Below, piece by piece: positions 1 to 53,989 of a DNA stretch of 64,000 nt. Below the pieces are notes generated by a model. It was not told the DNA's origin and searched no databases. It worked only from the letters and a program-made list of their open reading frames with translations. The stretch's first letter is position 1. Each line of letters begins with the position of its first letter. Both the position numbers and the translations under genes were made by a program. Source of the stretch: Octopus vulgaris (lineage: Eukaryota). The stretch is taken from positions 59,892,001-59,956,000 of the forward strand of contig OX597819.1 in NCBI GenBank assembly GCA_951406725.2. Reading direction: 5' to 3'.

Positions 1-542
1 TCTGACTTCCCAACACACACCTTTGCAACATTACCCAACCTTCTTCATCCTTCTGGCTCTACATTCCCTTCTATATCACCTTCTCAAACATGATACCTTG
101 CGGCTATGTTCTAACATGTCTACATCACCATCTTTATTTCTCTGCTGGCACTATTCCATTGACCTTCATCCATACGTACATAATGCAAAATAACTCTGAC
201 AATAAACATCTTCCTCCTATCGTACTTCAAATTTTAACATCTTGCTCAAAGCTACCTCCCTCTCTCTCCTATTCTTCCTTTCAGTTAAAGGGATCTCTTT
301 AATCTTGTGAGTTACAAGGTGACCTTTATAAAGCTGGTGTGACATTAATTATATGGGTCTTTATATATTTGTATGACAGTAGACTGTTTGTCCCATTAAT
401 AAATTAAAGCCATTGTTATAAAAATTTACAACCAAAATTTACATTTTTATATTATTGCTTGTCAGTGCTGTATATTGCTATAAAAACTGGAGTTTGTAAT
501 TACATGTAAGGCAGAAATAATGATTTGTCCATCTCTATCAAA

Positions 543-748
543 GAATCCTTTAATTCAGGGCGGAGCCTCAGCAGAGGAAACTTGTTGATTTAAAGAGCTT
601 GTTGCTTATGTTTCTGAAGTGCCACTCTCTGATTTTTTGCAACTCAGGAACTTTAATCCCTTAATTCAGGGCGGTGCCTCAGCAGAGGAAACTTGATTTA
701 AAGAGCTTGCTGCTTATGCTTCTGAAGTGCCACTTTCTGATTTTTTAC
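543..748. repeat. Tandem duplication, ~112-bp period, 2 copies
   Basis: aatcc(t/c)ttaattcagggcgg...ctgatttttt at ~544 and ~656 with few substitutions. Confidence 0.85.
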
Positions 749-1109
749 ATGTGTTGTGGTTTGTATAACCACAGAAACTCAGGAACTACCAGAACTAAAT
801 AGAGCACGCTCTTATATGGGGTGATATTCTAGCAAGTTGATTAGTTAATATCCATGACACATTGCCTGACCTAAGTGTGATCTGATCCTGGTTTCTAAAG
901 CTGTAAGGTTTCAATTCTACATCTTGTTATACTGGTTTTATAAAAGGTATACAGTACACCCTGTAAAGTGATTAGTGTTAAGTAGAGCAATTAGCCATAG
1001 TAACACATGCTAGCATGGAAAACGGACATAAAAATGAACATATATCTATCCAACTACTTATCTGATTATCTGTCTGTATTAAGTAAATATAACGGATATG
1101 ATGTAAAAT

Positions 1110-1114
1110 TATTA

Positions 1115-1154
<40 letters not shown>

Positions 1155-1700
1155 TGTTATTATTATTGAGTGAGAGAGCAGTGCATGCCATTGAAGCGAC
1201 ACAGGGGTACAAATAAATAAAGCCCAATATACCCATCATGACTACTTGTCTGATGAGGGTACACCAGGCACATGCATTGCAAGCATATGTGCGTGACATG
1301 GTGACCTCATATCAAGATAAACAGTGCATGACCTTGCAAGTGGGGTCCAGTTAGAATTTTCTTCAGGATGCATAGCCCATCCCACTCAAAAGGTCCCTGA
1401 ATAAGGTTTGTTTTATGTATAATGAACAAAACACCCATGCTTCCAGAGGCGAATAATTCAAATCCCAAAGAATTCCTCTCAGCACATGGCTATGATGCTC
1501 CCCCACTATTTCTATTAGTGATCAGAGAAGCACATATCATCAGTCACTAAGAGACATGCTCAGCTGGTTAAGGCCAAACAAGCAAATCTGTGGTATTGAG
1601 TAGAATATTTGCTGCAGCCCATCTTTTATCACAAGACAAATCAAGGTACATCATAACACTTCCAATCAATTAAGATCGAAAGCTATGAGAGCCGCTGCAT
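1110..1700 (-). mobile_element. ~550-bp interspersed repeat ending in (TAA)n; partial second copy at ~1745-2035
   Basis: Reverse-complement match to 13915-14470; abuts a (TTA)n tract. Confidence 0.75.
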
Positions 1701-2041
1701 CATCATCATCGTTGTCGTCATCGTCATCATCATCATCATGCGTCACGACCATATGTGCATGACATGGTGCCCTAATATCAACATAAACCTTGCAGACAGG
1801 GCCCCTGTTAGAAAAGGTCCCTGAATAAAGGTTGTCTAAAGATGATGAATGAAACACCTACCTTTCCAAGGGTGGATCATTCAAACTCAAAAAATGCTCC
1901 CCCACTATTTCTGCTTGTGATCAGAGATGCTCATAATATCAGTCACTAAGGGACAAGCTCAGATGTTTGGGGTCAAGCAACTGACAAGCGAATCTCTAGT
2001 ATTGAGCAGAATATTTACTGTAGTCCATATTTTACACCAAT

Positions 2042-2257
2042 ACGGCAGCGAGCCGGCAGAAACGTTAGTCCGCCGGGCGAACTGCTTAGTGGTATTTCGT
2101 CTGTCTTTATGTTCTGAGTTCAAATTCCGTCACAGTTGACTCTGCTTTTCATCCTTTCGGGATCGATAAATTAAGTACCAGTTATGTACTAGGTTCGATC
2201 TAATCGACTGGCCCCCTCCCCAAAAATTTCGGGCCTTGTGCCGAGAGTGGAAAAGAA
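2042..2257 (+). mobile_element. tRNA-derived SINE family B (core gtcgactttgcctttcatcctttcggggtcgataa), CpG-intact copy
   Basis: Head ggcagcgagccggcag, B-box-like gagttcaaattcc, conserved core. Many other copies, e.g. ~10230, 11820, 12710, 13130-13850, 15546, 49060. Confidence 0.8.
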
Positions 2258-2844
2258 TACAAAATGCTCCAAGGCATTTATCATTATGCACATATATTTG
2301 TGTATGTGTATAGACATACACACGCAAATATACATACATGCGCATAAACACATACATATATTTAGGCGATCTTTCGCATACTGACACACGCACGCACGCA
2401 CGCGCACACACACACACACACACACACACAAGAATACGTAAACAAGCGATTCAGTTTTAAAAGAAATTGAAGAAAATGAAAATTATTCCCAGAAATTGTT
2501 GAACATTATTTCTCAGAAAAAAACCCATTTGTTTGTTAGAAAAGCCATTTCTTAGTAAAGCTATTTCTGAGAAAAGCCATTCTGTACTGCATCAGGGCAC
2601 GTGAGTAATTGAAGGGAAACTGGATGGTACGATGGAATAAGAGTCAAGTACAGAAAAAAAGTAAATAAGAAAAGAAAGAATATTTTTAGACACACGATAC
2701 GAGGATAGCATCACATTCGTAATATCATTTTACTTCAGTAAATACCACTTCTGTGCGTGTGCGCGCAGGTATTTATGCGTATGTTTGTATACGTAAACGT
2801 ATGTAAATATATGCATGATTGTATAAATGTATATACACAAACGC

Positions 2845-3035
2845 ATGTATGTATGTATGTATGTATGTATGTATGTATGTATGTATGTATGTATGTATGT
2901 ATGTATGTATGTATGTATGTATGTATGTATGTATGTATGTATGTATGTATGTATGTATGTATGTATGTATGTATGTATGTATGTATGTATGTATGTATGC
3001 ATGCATGCATGCATGCATGCATGCATGCATGCATG
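2845..3035. repeat. (TATG)n then (CATG)n compound microsatellite
   Basis: Direct reading. Confidence 0.95.
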
Positions 3036-3294
3036 CTGCGATGACTGAATTAAAAACTAAAGACATTAATTGAATAAAAATTTATTCGTAATATATATTA
3101 ATTGTTAAGTTGAACTATTTCAGATTTGTTTGTAAACAATTTATACGAATCGACGGTGTGTTTGTGTGTCTGAGAAAATTCCTCGTGTCGGATACATTTG
3201 TGCGAATGTCGTTTTACAAACAAGAAGCTATTCTTTTTCTACAAGAAACCATTTAATTTTTAAAATATTATATCAGTCAACCATTTGGACAAAA

Positions 3295-42888
<39,594 letters not shown>

Positions 42889-42893
<5 letters not shown>

Positions 42894-42913
42894 AATCTAT
42901 TAAAACAAATAAA
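42889..42913 (+). terminator. Candidate polyadenylation signals of JMJD8
   Basis: AATAAA at 42889-42894 (overlaps the stop codon) and 42908-42913, followed by a T/GT-rich stretch. Confidence 0.55.
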
Positions 42914-43663
42914 CCATTTCTTATTTGTTTAGTCAATATTCAGTGATAGTATTTATCGTTTATCTTTAATTTGTTCCAGTCATTGGATTGCGACCATGCT
43001 GGGGCACTACCTTGAAGGGTTCAGTTGAACAAATTGGACCCAGTACTTCTTTTTTAAGCCTGGTCTCTTTTTGTTGAACCTCTAAGTTACACAGTTGTAA
43101 ACAAACCAACACCAGTTGTCAAGTGGTATTGGTTGAGGACAAACACAAACACACACATACACACACATACATGTATACAAAGTATGGGCGTTTAGTTCGC
43201 AGGTGATCTAAACGATTAGGTACACTAGCTAAGTGCTGTCATGGATTACTGGGGTTACAAGGTTATAGCCAAGATGGTAGTTATGGAGCCTTTGCTGATT
43301 TCCGATATAGTAGATATATAATTGTCCTCTTTAACAATTATACATATTTGTTGTCCTCATATATATGTATATATCACGTGACCGACCAGGCTATCAGATG
43401 TTGCTACACATCGCTGGTCACATTGCGCTTCACATTGTTTTAGCCTTCAAATGACGTCACCCCGCTGGCTAAGCGGGCAGGCCAACAGAAGAAAGAGTGA
43501 GAGAAAGTTGTGGTAAAAGAGTACAGCAGGGATCACCATCACCCCCTGTCGGAGCCTCGTGGAGCTTTTAGGTGTTTTTGCTCAACGCCCGGTCTGGGAA
43601 TTGAAACTGCGATCCTACGACTGCGAGTCCGCTACCCTAACCACTGAGCCATTGCGTCTCCAC

Positions 43664-43771
<108 letters not shown>

Positions 43772-43867
43772 TTATATAAATATGGATAAGATCGTTAATT
43801 TAAATATCGATCTTATCAAGTGGCCAGCATGGGAATAAAAACCTTCAAAGTTAATAATTATTATTAA

Positions 43868-44075
43868 AATTATAATTCAGGGTATCTAAGAGATACCACC
43901 ATGCTGCAAATAGCAGCCAAAACTTGACTCTAAAACCCCATTAAATGTTCATATAGCACCAGGAGAGAAGACAAAAAGGCCTCCTGGTGCTGTATGAACA
44001 TTTAATGTGGTTTCAGAGTCAAGTTTTGGCTGCTATTTCCAGCGTGGTGGTATCTCTTAGATACCCTAAATTATA

Positions 44076-44079
<4 letters not shown>
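43868..44079. repeat. Long palindrome (~100-bp arms) between (TA)n tracts
   Basis: Direct reverse-complement comparison. Confidence 0.85.
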
Positions 44080-44117
<38 letters not shown>

Positions 44118-45514
44118 CAAGCTTCTTTCAGTTTCCATCTACCAAATCCACTGACAAGGTTTTGGTTGGCTTGAGGCTATTGTAGAAGACACTTCTAAGT
44201 ACCATGCAGTGGGACTGACCCCAGAACCATTTGGTTGAGAAGCAAACCTCTTACCTCACAGCCATCATTTGTGTTTTTTTTTTTTTTGTCACCTCAGTAA
44301 TTTTAATTGCAGGTTCTGTTTATTAAAAGACTATCTTTATAGGTTCACACATGTAGTTTATTTGAACTATTTATTTTTTATTTATTCGTCTTATTTAATG
44401 GTTTCATTATTATCAAAATAGTTTAGTGTCTACTTTCCCATACTTGCATGGAAAAATAGAACCATGTGGCTGGGAAGCAAACTTTTTACCACATGGCCAT
44501 GCTTCTGCTTTGTTTGGTTTATTCATGGAGAAAGGCTTGTGTGTCCTAAAAACTTCACAGGATCCCTGAGACTGATATTATAATACTACTTGGGCACTTG
44601 TAAGTTGTAATCTATGGGGAAAACACATGTGGGTTGAGAGGAAATTCAGAGGATTGGCACTCTGATGAGGAAGGATTGGGTATATGTTCTGTGTAAGATT
44701 TGGATTTTGATAGAAGTTGAGAAAAAAGAAAGCAGTGTGTTAGGTGAGAATGGAATGGATATGCAAACAGCTAATCAGAGGAACAGAACCTGTTGTAATA
44801 ACAACCAAATAGATTGAAAAGACAAATGTCTGTGGGCTTGTTGTTGGATGGCGTCTGGACAGTTCTCTGGCTGGCCAGCTCCATGTGAAACCATCCAACC
44901 CATGCCAGCATGAAAAACAGACATTAGATGATGATGATGGTGATGATGACATTATAGTCAGATTCTTAAGTTTTATTAATTAGCTTCATAAAGTGATCTT
45001 AATTTTTTATAATTCATTTGTCTTTATTTTTGATATTTTATGGCTGGAGTAGTGAAAAAATCTCTTGTAAATAGAATTAGCTGATTGGTGAAATGCAGGA
45101 TGATAAGCGCTTATAATAAACAGCAACCAAAACATAGGACAGGGATTCAAGTTTTAACTTGTTTCAGCTCTAATTAATGTATGCCAAAATTCATGAAGAA
45201 CTTATAATCCTTGTAGTTGATTTACTTTTTTGCTAAAGGAAAATATAAAAAGCAATTCTGAATGTGGTTTAAATTTAGAGGAAGGGTTAGCTTTGTGATT
45301 AAGTATGTTTCTGACAGCCATCTGGATTAAATACGAATGGAAAGAATGTTGGGATAAAGTCAGTGAGGGTGCATTTAACAACAGAATAGAATGCAAGGCA
45401 TTAATTGGAAAGGAGAAGAGGTTTTAAGCATGTATTGAATAAAGGTGTCTTATATTTCAACAACGACAATATTTATTTCAAAAACTCAAAACTCCTTTTG
45501 CTTTGTTCAGGGTT

Positions 45515-46355
45515 TCAATGGATGGATGCCCTTCCTAATGCCAACCACTTAATAGAGAATGCTGGGTGCTTTTTATGTGTCACTGGCTCAGGTGTCCTTA
45601 TGCAGCACTGGTACAGGTGGTTTTTATGTGGCATTAGCACAGGTGTGTTTATGCAGCACTGGCACAGGTGCTTCTTATGTGACACTGGCACAGGTGCTTC
45701 TTATGTGACACTGGCACAGGTGCTTCTTATGTGGCACTGGCACAGATGTGCTTATGCAGCACTGGCGCAGGTGCTTCGTATGTGTCACTGGTACAGGTGT
45801 GCTTATGCAGTACTGGCACAGGTGCTCCTTATGTGGCACTGGCACAGGTGCTTCTTATGCAGCACTGGCACAGGTGCTTCTTATGTGACACTGGCACAGG
45901 TGCTTCTTATGTGGCACTGACACAGGTGTGCTTATGCAGCACTGGCACAGGTGCTTCTTATGTGACACTGGCACAGGTGTGCTTATGCAACACTGGCACA
46001 GGTGCTTCTTATGTGGAACTGGTACCTGAAAGAACAATCCTGTATCTGTGGAAGCCAGTGAATTTACTTAGTTTGATGCGTCTTATCAAGTACAGAAAAT
46101 CACCACATCTCCTGGTCCCTTGTCATTTCCTCAGTGAGGCCCAGTATCTGGAGACCCTTTCTCACCACTTCATCCCAAATTGTCCTTGGTCTACCCCTTA
46201 CACAGATACCTTCCACAATTAGAGCTCGGCACTTCTTTATGCAGCTGTCCTCATCCATACGCATCACATGACCAAACCAGTGCAGTCTTCTCTCTTGCAC
46301 ACAACATCTGAGGCCCCTTAAATCATTTACACTCAGTTGTGCATGCACACTGACA
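45515..46355 (-). mobile_element. RTE-type LINE 3' fragment with an expanded ~26-bp minisatellite in its 3'UTR
   Basis: RRLHWFGHVMRMDEDSCIKKC...GRPRTIWDEVV; tandem ttatgtgacactggcacaggtgcttc at ~45570-46025. Confidence 0.85.
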
Positions 46356-48324
46356 CTACCCAGGCTCCAGTGGATAGGTAATGTCTGTGCACATACGACA
46401 GAAGGTAAATGATTTAAGAGGAAAACTAGTTATAAGAGGCATCAGATGTGTACATGAGAGAATTTAATTTAATTTTATTTATTTTTCTTGTTTTTAGCAT
46501 GACTAAATCATCTTTTTACATGATTGAAACCAGTTGCATATTTTGATAAAAAGGTAAATACTTTCCTTTATCCATGATAAAGTTCTGAAAGCATTTTCTT
46601 CTTTTTCTTTTTCTTTTGAATATATTAGAACAAGAGAAAGAGAGAGAGAGAGTTCTAACTGCAGATGTAGGCTCTGTCAAGATACCAATAATATATAAAT
46701 AAAGTTCTTAGAAGGAACATCACTAGAAAGAACTTATTATAATGTTTTTAGAGTGTGTTTTTTTTTAATTGTGCATCATTCATGTTTTTTTTAGCCATAA
46801 ATTTTCAGTAAGTAAACCTATGACCAAAGATGTATTCCAGCCACTGTTTTTTTTTTGTGCCTACACAATCCTATATATCTGTCCCATACTTAAAATAGTG
46901 TAATTTGGAGTAGATTTGGCTGCTATTTCTGGCATCCTCTAGTGTATCCATACTTTTCATGAATAGCTGTTCATGAGGAGTTGGTTCTCGAGGGTCATTT
47001 GAAGTTTGATATTGGTCCTCCATATTAAACTTAGTTCATAATCTAGTTCAATTTGTACAGTTCATAATCTAATTCAAATATAAATTACCCATTGTTTACT
47101 TGTTCACTTTTGTTTTAACACAAACCTTTTCAACAGTTTAGTAATCAGCCTGCTCTCTCAAATATACTCTCTCTTTTACTTGTTTCAGTCATTTGACTGC
47201 GGCCATGCTAGAGCACTGCCTTTAGTCGAGCAAATCGACCCCAGGATTTATTCTTTGTAAACCTAGTACTTATTCTATTGGATCTCTTTTGCCGAACCAC
47301 TAAGTTACGGGGATGGAAACACACCAGCATCGGTTGTCAAGCGATGTTGCGGGGGGTCAAACACAGACACAGAAACATATATACACACATACATATATAT
47401 ATATATACAATATGTGACCGCGTGTGTATCGTTGGTAATTTTCTTTCTCCATCTTCCCTTCCTTGGACCTTTCCTTTTTCTATGTTTCTGTCGAAGAGCT
47501 CCACTTGAAACGTTAAATCCTTCTTCTTTCTTTCCTTTACTGAGTGTCCAATAACACTATACTTATTCCACGTCCTCGTGTTGTTGTGTTTTCTCTTTGT
47601 TCATGTTTTGGAGTAACTATATATACATATACATATATACGACAGGCTTCTTTCAGTTTCTGTCTACCAAATCCACTCACAAGGCTTTGGTCGGCCTGAG
47701 GGATATAGTAAAAGACATTTGCCCAAGGTGCCACGCAGTGGGACTGAAACTGGAACTATGTGGTTGGTAAGCAAGCTACTTACCACACAGCCACTCCTGC
47801 TTATTTATTCCTATATTTTTTTTATTTATCATGTTTTATCTTGTAACTTTGAGATTTGGATGATGTGATTGTTTATTTTTAGAATGATATTGTAGGATAT
47901 GTGTGAGAAGCTGGATCTGGCAAGTTGGGACTTAGAAAGAGGTAGAATATTTTGGGGAGAATTCACAAAAAAACAAACAAAAGACGAAGACAGGGGATGT
48001 AGACAAGAAACAGATGTATTATTATAAGACTCAGGAAGTGAAAAGGTCTTTCTGATCTGGCTGATTTAAATATTAAAGGGTTAAATTTAAATTTTAATAA
48101 ATTTGAATATGAATATAAATAGCTTTTTCCTTTTACCGGATATTATTTGATACTAGATTTTATTATATGGGTGCTAACCCAATTAACAGCTGAAGATTCT
48201 AATTAGTAACTATTTTTCTTTTTAGTAAATAACTTTGGAATCTGAGATTGGAGTGTATGTTTCTCCTCCAGAATACAATGCCAATCCACTGCTCCAGACT
48301 GTGTACACACTTTCTCTCACTCTT

Positions 48325-48359
<35 letters not shown>

Positions 48360-49559
48360 ACAAGTTCCTGCACAGATTCTGACGTTTAAATTCACTCACA
48401 AAATTTTGCCCAACCCATAGTCACAACAAGAGACACTTGCCTAAGGTGGCACTCATTGGGATTGAACCAGAAGCCACTTAGTTGCAAAGCAAATTCCTTA
48501 ACCACGTAGTCATGCCTGTATAAAGAATTAAACTGTAGAACAATAGATTTTGCACAGTTCCCTTTTAATAAGTTCCATTTACAAGGTACTGGTCAAACTA
48601 AGACTACAGTAGAAGACACTTGGCCAATGTGCTGTGCTGTGAGATTGAACTCAGAATCAGATGGTTTCAAAGTGAACTTCTTAACTATGCATCTATACCT
48701 GCACCATATGTTATTGAATTTATTAAAGGTGTACTATTAATAGTTTCTTAGAATGTGTCATAAAAAGTTTAAACGAAATTTTGAATTAAATATTTTTTTT
48801 ATATATCCTGGTTCTCTGAAAAGCTGTTCTTTCGTGGAATTCATTAACTTGATTCATAGAGGAAGTGTGTGATGTAATGAATAGTTTCCTTTTGTTTTAA
48901 TTGGTTTTTGTATCCAATGGTCATATTTCATCATCATCATTTAATGTCCACTTTTTCAGGCTTGCATGGATTTGTTGACATAGATTTTCTATGGCTAGAT
49001 ACCCTTCTTGCTGTTTGTTGACCCTCACCTGTTTCCAAGTAAGGTAATATTCTTTTCTACTCTAGACACAAGGCCCGAAATTTGGGGGGACGGGGAGCAG
49101 TCAGTTAGATAGACCCCAGTACACAACTGGTACTTAATTTATCGACCCTAAAAGGATGAAAAGCAAAGTCAACCTCGGCAGAATTTGAACTCACATGTTT
49201 TTCACACAAGACTAGAAATAAACAGCATTTCTTGTATGAAAATGATGATCATTTACAACCATCATGCAATATTTAAAAAAAGGTACACACAAACACACAC
49301 ACATACATATATGACAGGTTTCTTTCTGCTTCCTTCTACCAACTTTGCTCACAAGGCTTTGATTGATCTAGGGCTATAGTGGAAGACACTTGCCCAAGGT
49401 ACCATGCTGCGGGACTGAACCCAAGCCCCACATAGTTGGTAAGTAAGCTTCTTAACCACATTACCATGCCTGTGTCTAAATATAATGTCCACAGTACCCT
49501 TAGCTTCATATACTTATTTTGTGGTTTTCTCTAGGCTTGTTTCCCAAGTGCCACATAAA

Positions 49560-49917
49560 GTTTATGAAATAACCTACCTAGATCCAGCTTCTAGTTAGGA
49601 GTGATTGCTAGCAATGTCCTCCCACCTTTCAATGTTCACATAAAGAGAATTCATATCCCTCTTGCAGATATATTTGAAATGAAGATAGCAGTTCCCTTAT
49701 ATTCTCTTGCTGGAGGCCAACACCCCATACAGCAGATTTTTCAGGATCTTTTGATATGATCTGCAATATTTGTGACCCAGCCAGCAGAGATGTCATTGTT
49801 AGTAACTTGAGCAGTCTACTTGATATTTAAGAGCTGTCTCGGGTTAGATAGATGAAACTCATCAAAATGCTGCTCTTGGCTGTTTTCACTGCCATAAAGT
49901 ACTGACATCTGTTTTGG
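49560..49917 (-). mobile_element. Decayed RTE/BovB-like LINE 3' fragment
   Basis: Frameshifted SVLYGSE...FHL...LLNIK, KNLLYGVLASSKR, LHFKYICKRDMNSLYVNIERWEDIA. Confidence 0.75.
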
Positions 49918-52900
49918 CTGTAAAAAAAAAATAGAGTACAAAATTATATTCAAACTATTTACTGTACTTCTTTATATTTTGTTTTTAGTTTATTTAGCCC
50001 TCAAATATGTCCTAACCAAGTTGAGAACTGAAAATATTTCAACATGACCATCACATTTTTTTGTATATCTAGGACTGAATTGTCCCACCACTAGTTAAAC
50101 CTAGACTTTTTTTACTGAAAAAATACGAAAAAGAGGTTCATGGTTCAGAGTTAACAGATTTAACAAAGTGTTTCATAGAAATCTAAAATCATATTTTGAC
50201 TTTTAAATCGGAGTAAATACAAGTTGACTCTAATTTAAAACAGTAGAATCCAAGACGACTAATTTATTTCATTTTGTTTTTGGAATTGGTTTGCAAGATT
50301 CTTTATATGAGTTTGTGTGTTGAAGCATATTCTGTGGTGTCTGGGGAGAGTCATTTTCTTTTTGTACCTTATAATTTAACTCACTCACCAGTAAAATTTC
50401 CACTTATTTCTCATTTTTATTTTCCTAAAATTTTTGTTGCATTTCGCAGCCTTTTCAATAAGTTATAAGTTGTTTGATATAATTTACAGTTTTAGTATAA
50501 AAAATAGAGCCTTCTCTACAATCCCCTAAGGATGCTTTGTCTTTGTGCTACAAGTTATTTAGTGACTTTACTAGTGATGGTACAACAAAAGAAGCACCTA
50601 GCACACTTTGTGAAGTGATTGGCATTAGGAAGAGCATCCAGCTGTAGAAATCATGTCAAAGAATACATTGGAACTCAATGCAGTCCACTGGTTTGTCAAA
50701 TCTTGTCAAACTCTCCATTCCATGCCAGATTGGGAAATAGATGTTAAATGATGATGATGAATAAATCAGTACAAATGAACTGAAAAAGTGTCGAAATTAC
50801 TGGACTTGAATAAAAGATGATGTTTACTAGATGAAGAGGTACTTTGAAATGGTAGTTCAGGGTATATAAAGTAGCAGCAGAATAGAGCCTACCACTAATA
50901 ATGATATTTTAGAGTGCGACACATAAAATGATTTAAAATTAATCAGCATGGAAAACTGCTGCTTTGCAGACTTGCCAGGCATTTAATTTTTTTAAATTTA
51001 AAGTTTATATTGCATTTTGTGAACACTGTCATTGTTGTTTATAGTTTACCAATAATCGACTTGCATTTATGATGACGTGACGATGAAATTTCTGTTGCTT
51101 GAACAGAACAAATATTATTATAAGGCATTTTTAGTTTGAAAGCAACAGTTTATTGATTTTTCTGTGGAATGCTTTACATCTTTTGCTGATATACATCAGA
51201 GAAATGCATACATATGCATGCATGTTTGCACACACACGATGAACTTCTCCACAGTTTCCATTTACTAAACTCCATTCGCAAGGCATTGGTCACCTGAGGC
51301 AATAACAGCAGATATTTGCTTCAGGTGTTGTCAAGCAGGAACAAACCTGGAACCATGTGATTATGAGGTGAACTTTTTAATCACCTAATCTTGCCTTGTA
51401 CTCAAGCTCAAAAGACATCACTAATAACAAAATCTATGTAATTTTAGAAATTACATAATATCAAAAAAAAACTAAATAAATAAAAACTGGCATGCCATCA
51501 GTTATGACAATGAGGATTCTAGTTCATCTGATCGATGAAACAGCATGCTTGTGAAATTAGCATGCAAGTGGCTGAGTACTCCACAGACACGTGTACTCTT
51601 AACTTAGTTCTTAGGGAGATTCAGCGTGATACAAAAAGTGATAAGGCTGGCCATTTCAAATACAAGTACTACTCATTTTTGCCAGCTGAATGGACTGGAG
51701 AAATGTGAAATAAAGAGTCTTGCTCAAGGACTCAACTTGCCACCAGGAATCGAGCTCACAACCTTCCTAAACATTTCAGATTTACATAATGTTAATTATT
51801 GTTCAATTAAAAAGCTCAAGAGGTTTCTTTTTAATAAATTGAAACAATAGTATCTAAAATCAGCCCAGTTTCATAATCATTTCCTTTTCATCATCATCCT
51901 CATCATCATTTAACGTCCATTGTCCATGCTGGCATGGGTTGGATGGTTTGACAAGGCTAGCACGCTGGAAGGCTGTGCCAGACTCCAGTCTGATTTGACA
52001 TGGTTTTCTACTTCTGGATGCCCTTCCTAACGCCAACCACTCCGAGAGTGTAATGGGTGCTTTTTATGTGCCACCAGCACAGGTGCTATTTGTGTGACAC
52101 GGGGGTGCTTTTGCGTGACACCAATATCTGCCATATCTGCAATTTTGTTCAGCTTGATGGGTCTTCTCAAGCATGACATAATGCCAATGGTCTCAGTCAT
52201 TGCCTCTGTGAGGCCCAACACTCAAAAGGAACTCAGCCACTTTGCCTCCATGAGGCCCAATGCTTGAAAGGAACTCAGCAAAAGAGTCAGCAGAAGTTCA
52301 CCATTACCTTCTGCCGGAGCTGCGTGGAGCTTAGGTGTTTCACTCATAAACACACACATCACCCGGTCTGAGATATGAACCCACGATCCCTCAACCGTGA
52401 GTCTGCTGCTCTAACCACTAGGCCATGTGCCTCCACAAAATAAATTGTAGTAACCTTGTAAAATATATCAAATTATTATCTCCCTTAAAATATCTAGCCA
52501 CAGGGCACATTACATGCACAAAATGTATGTATATTTACCCTGTAATGTTTAAATTATCCTTCATTTTTAGATTTGGTTTGCAAGATTCTTTATGTGAGTT
52601 AGTGTGTTGAAGCATATTCTGTTGTGTCTGGGGAGAGTTATTTTCTTTTTGTGCCTTATAAGGTAACACACTCAGCGGTAAAATTTGCACTTATTTCTTA
52701 TTTTTATTTTCCTAAAATTTTCATTGTTTCTTGCAACTTTTCAATAGTCTTGACTCTTGTACTTATGTGTGAGTGTATGTGTAAGTGTATGTTTAAATTA
52801 TCAATAAGCTTAAAAAATGTTATTGGCTAATCCAAAAGCTGGACTGAAAAACTTTCCATAATCACGAAATTCTATAACTGTTTGCATTCAGTCACGTTGT

Positions 52901-53416
52901 TGAAATGTAAAGAATTCTCAGAACCTCTCCTAGTTTTTAATATAATCTTTTCCTTCCCATGAGGAAGGCAAGTGTCAAAAAGTATTTACAAAAACAGGTG
53001 TGGCTGTGTGGTAAGAAGCTTGCTTCTCAACCACATGGTTCCAGGTTCAGTACCACAGCATGGCACCTTGTGCAAGTGTCTTCCATATGGTAGATGGAAA
53101 CTGAAAGAAGCCCATTGTATATATGTATGTGTGTGTGTGTGTGTATATGTGTATTTGTGTGTGTCCTTGTGTCTGTGTTTGTCTCCCCACTACTGCTTGA
53201 CAACAAATGTTGGTGTGTTTACATCCCTGTAACTTAGCGGTTTGGCAAAAGAGACTTACAGAATAAGTACTAGGCTTACAAAGAATAAGTTCTGGGGTCG
53301 ATTTCTTGAACTGAAAAGCTCTTTAAGACAGTGATCCAGCATGGATTCCAGGTACGGTTCCACTGCATGGCACCCTGAATAAGCGTCTTCAGCTATAACT
53401 CTGGTGAGAATAAAGT

Positions 53417-53468
<52 letters not shown>

Positions 53469-53671
53469 TGCGTGCATGCGTGTGTGTATATATATGAGTG
53501 TATGTATGTGTGTACGTATGTGTGAGTATGTGTATGTATGTGTGTGTTTTTGTTTGTGTGAGTGTATGTATGTGTGTGTTTTTGTTTGTACGTTTGTGTG
53601 TATGTATGTGGGAGTGTATGTATATGTGTGAATATATGTGTGAGTGTATGTATGCGTGTGTATGTATGTGT

Positions 53672-53721
<50 letters not shown>

Positions 53722-53989
53722 TGTATGTGTACTCTTGTACAATATTGTTCATTTCCAGTCTTTCATAAGAAGCATGTTTGGCCATGGGCTAGTGTTACCT
53801 TGCTTGGAAACAGTGAGGGTTGGCAACAGGAAGGGCACCTGGATGTACAAAATCTGCCTCAATAAATTGTAAACATGGAAAAGTGGACATTAAATGACGA
53901 TAAGATGCTGTATTACAGTATTTTACAAAGTGATAACCATCAGCTTCTGCCCCTGCCAAAAATCCCCATATTAGTGACAATTTCACTCC

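Noticed and set aside
1-340. Possible RTE endonuclease remnant on the minus strand
   Set aside because: Only a faint VDMLE..KV.CL resemblance; too decayed to call.
2730-3073. HTYI/CMYV ORFs here and similar ones at ~24.4, 27.5, 53.5 and 57 kb
   Set aside because: Microsatellite translations.
3166-3294. GTG-initiated N-terminal extension of JMJD8 in the ORF track
   Set aside because: Non-ATG start; the ATG at 3295 has good context and directly begins the signal peptide.
45405-46222. Long Cys/Thr/Gly repetitive ORFs and a CRISPR-like periodic look
   Set aside because: A 26-bp minisatellite in a LINE 3'UTR; no unique spacers, no cas genes, eukaryotic context.
49816-49917. Apparent minus-strand terminal exon with a strong acceptor (PKQMSVLYGSE...LLNIK*)
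   Set aside because: The peptide and downstream frames are RTE LINE ORF remnants (LYGSE, LLYG, FKxxCKRD), not a host gene.
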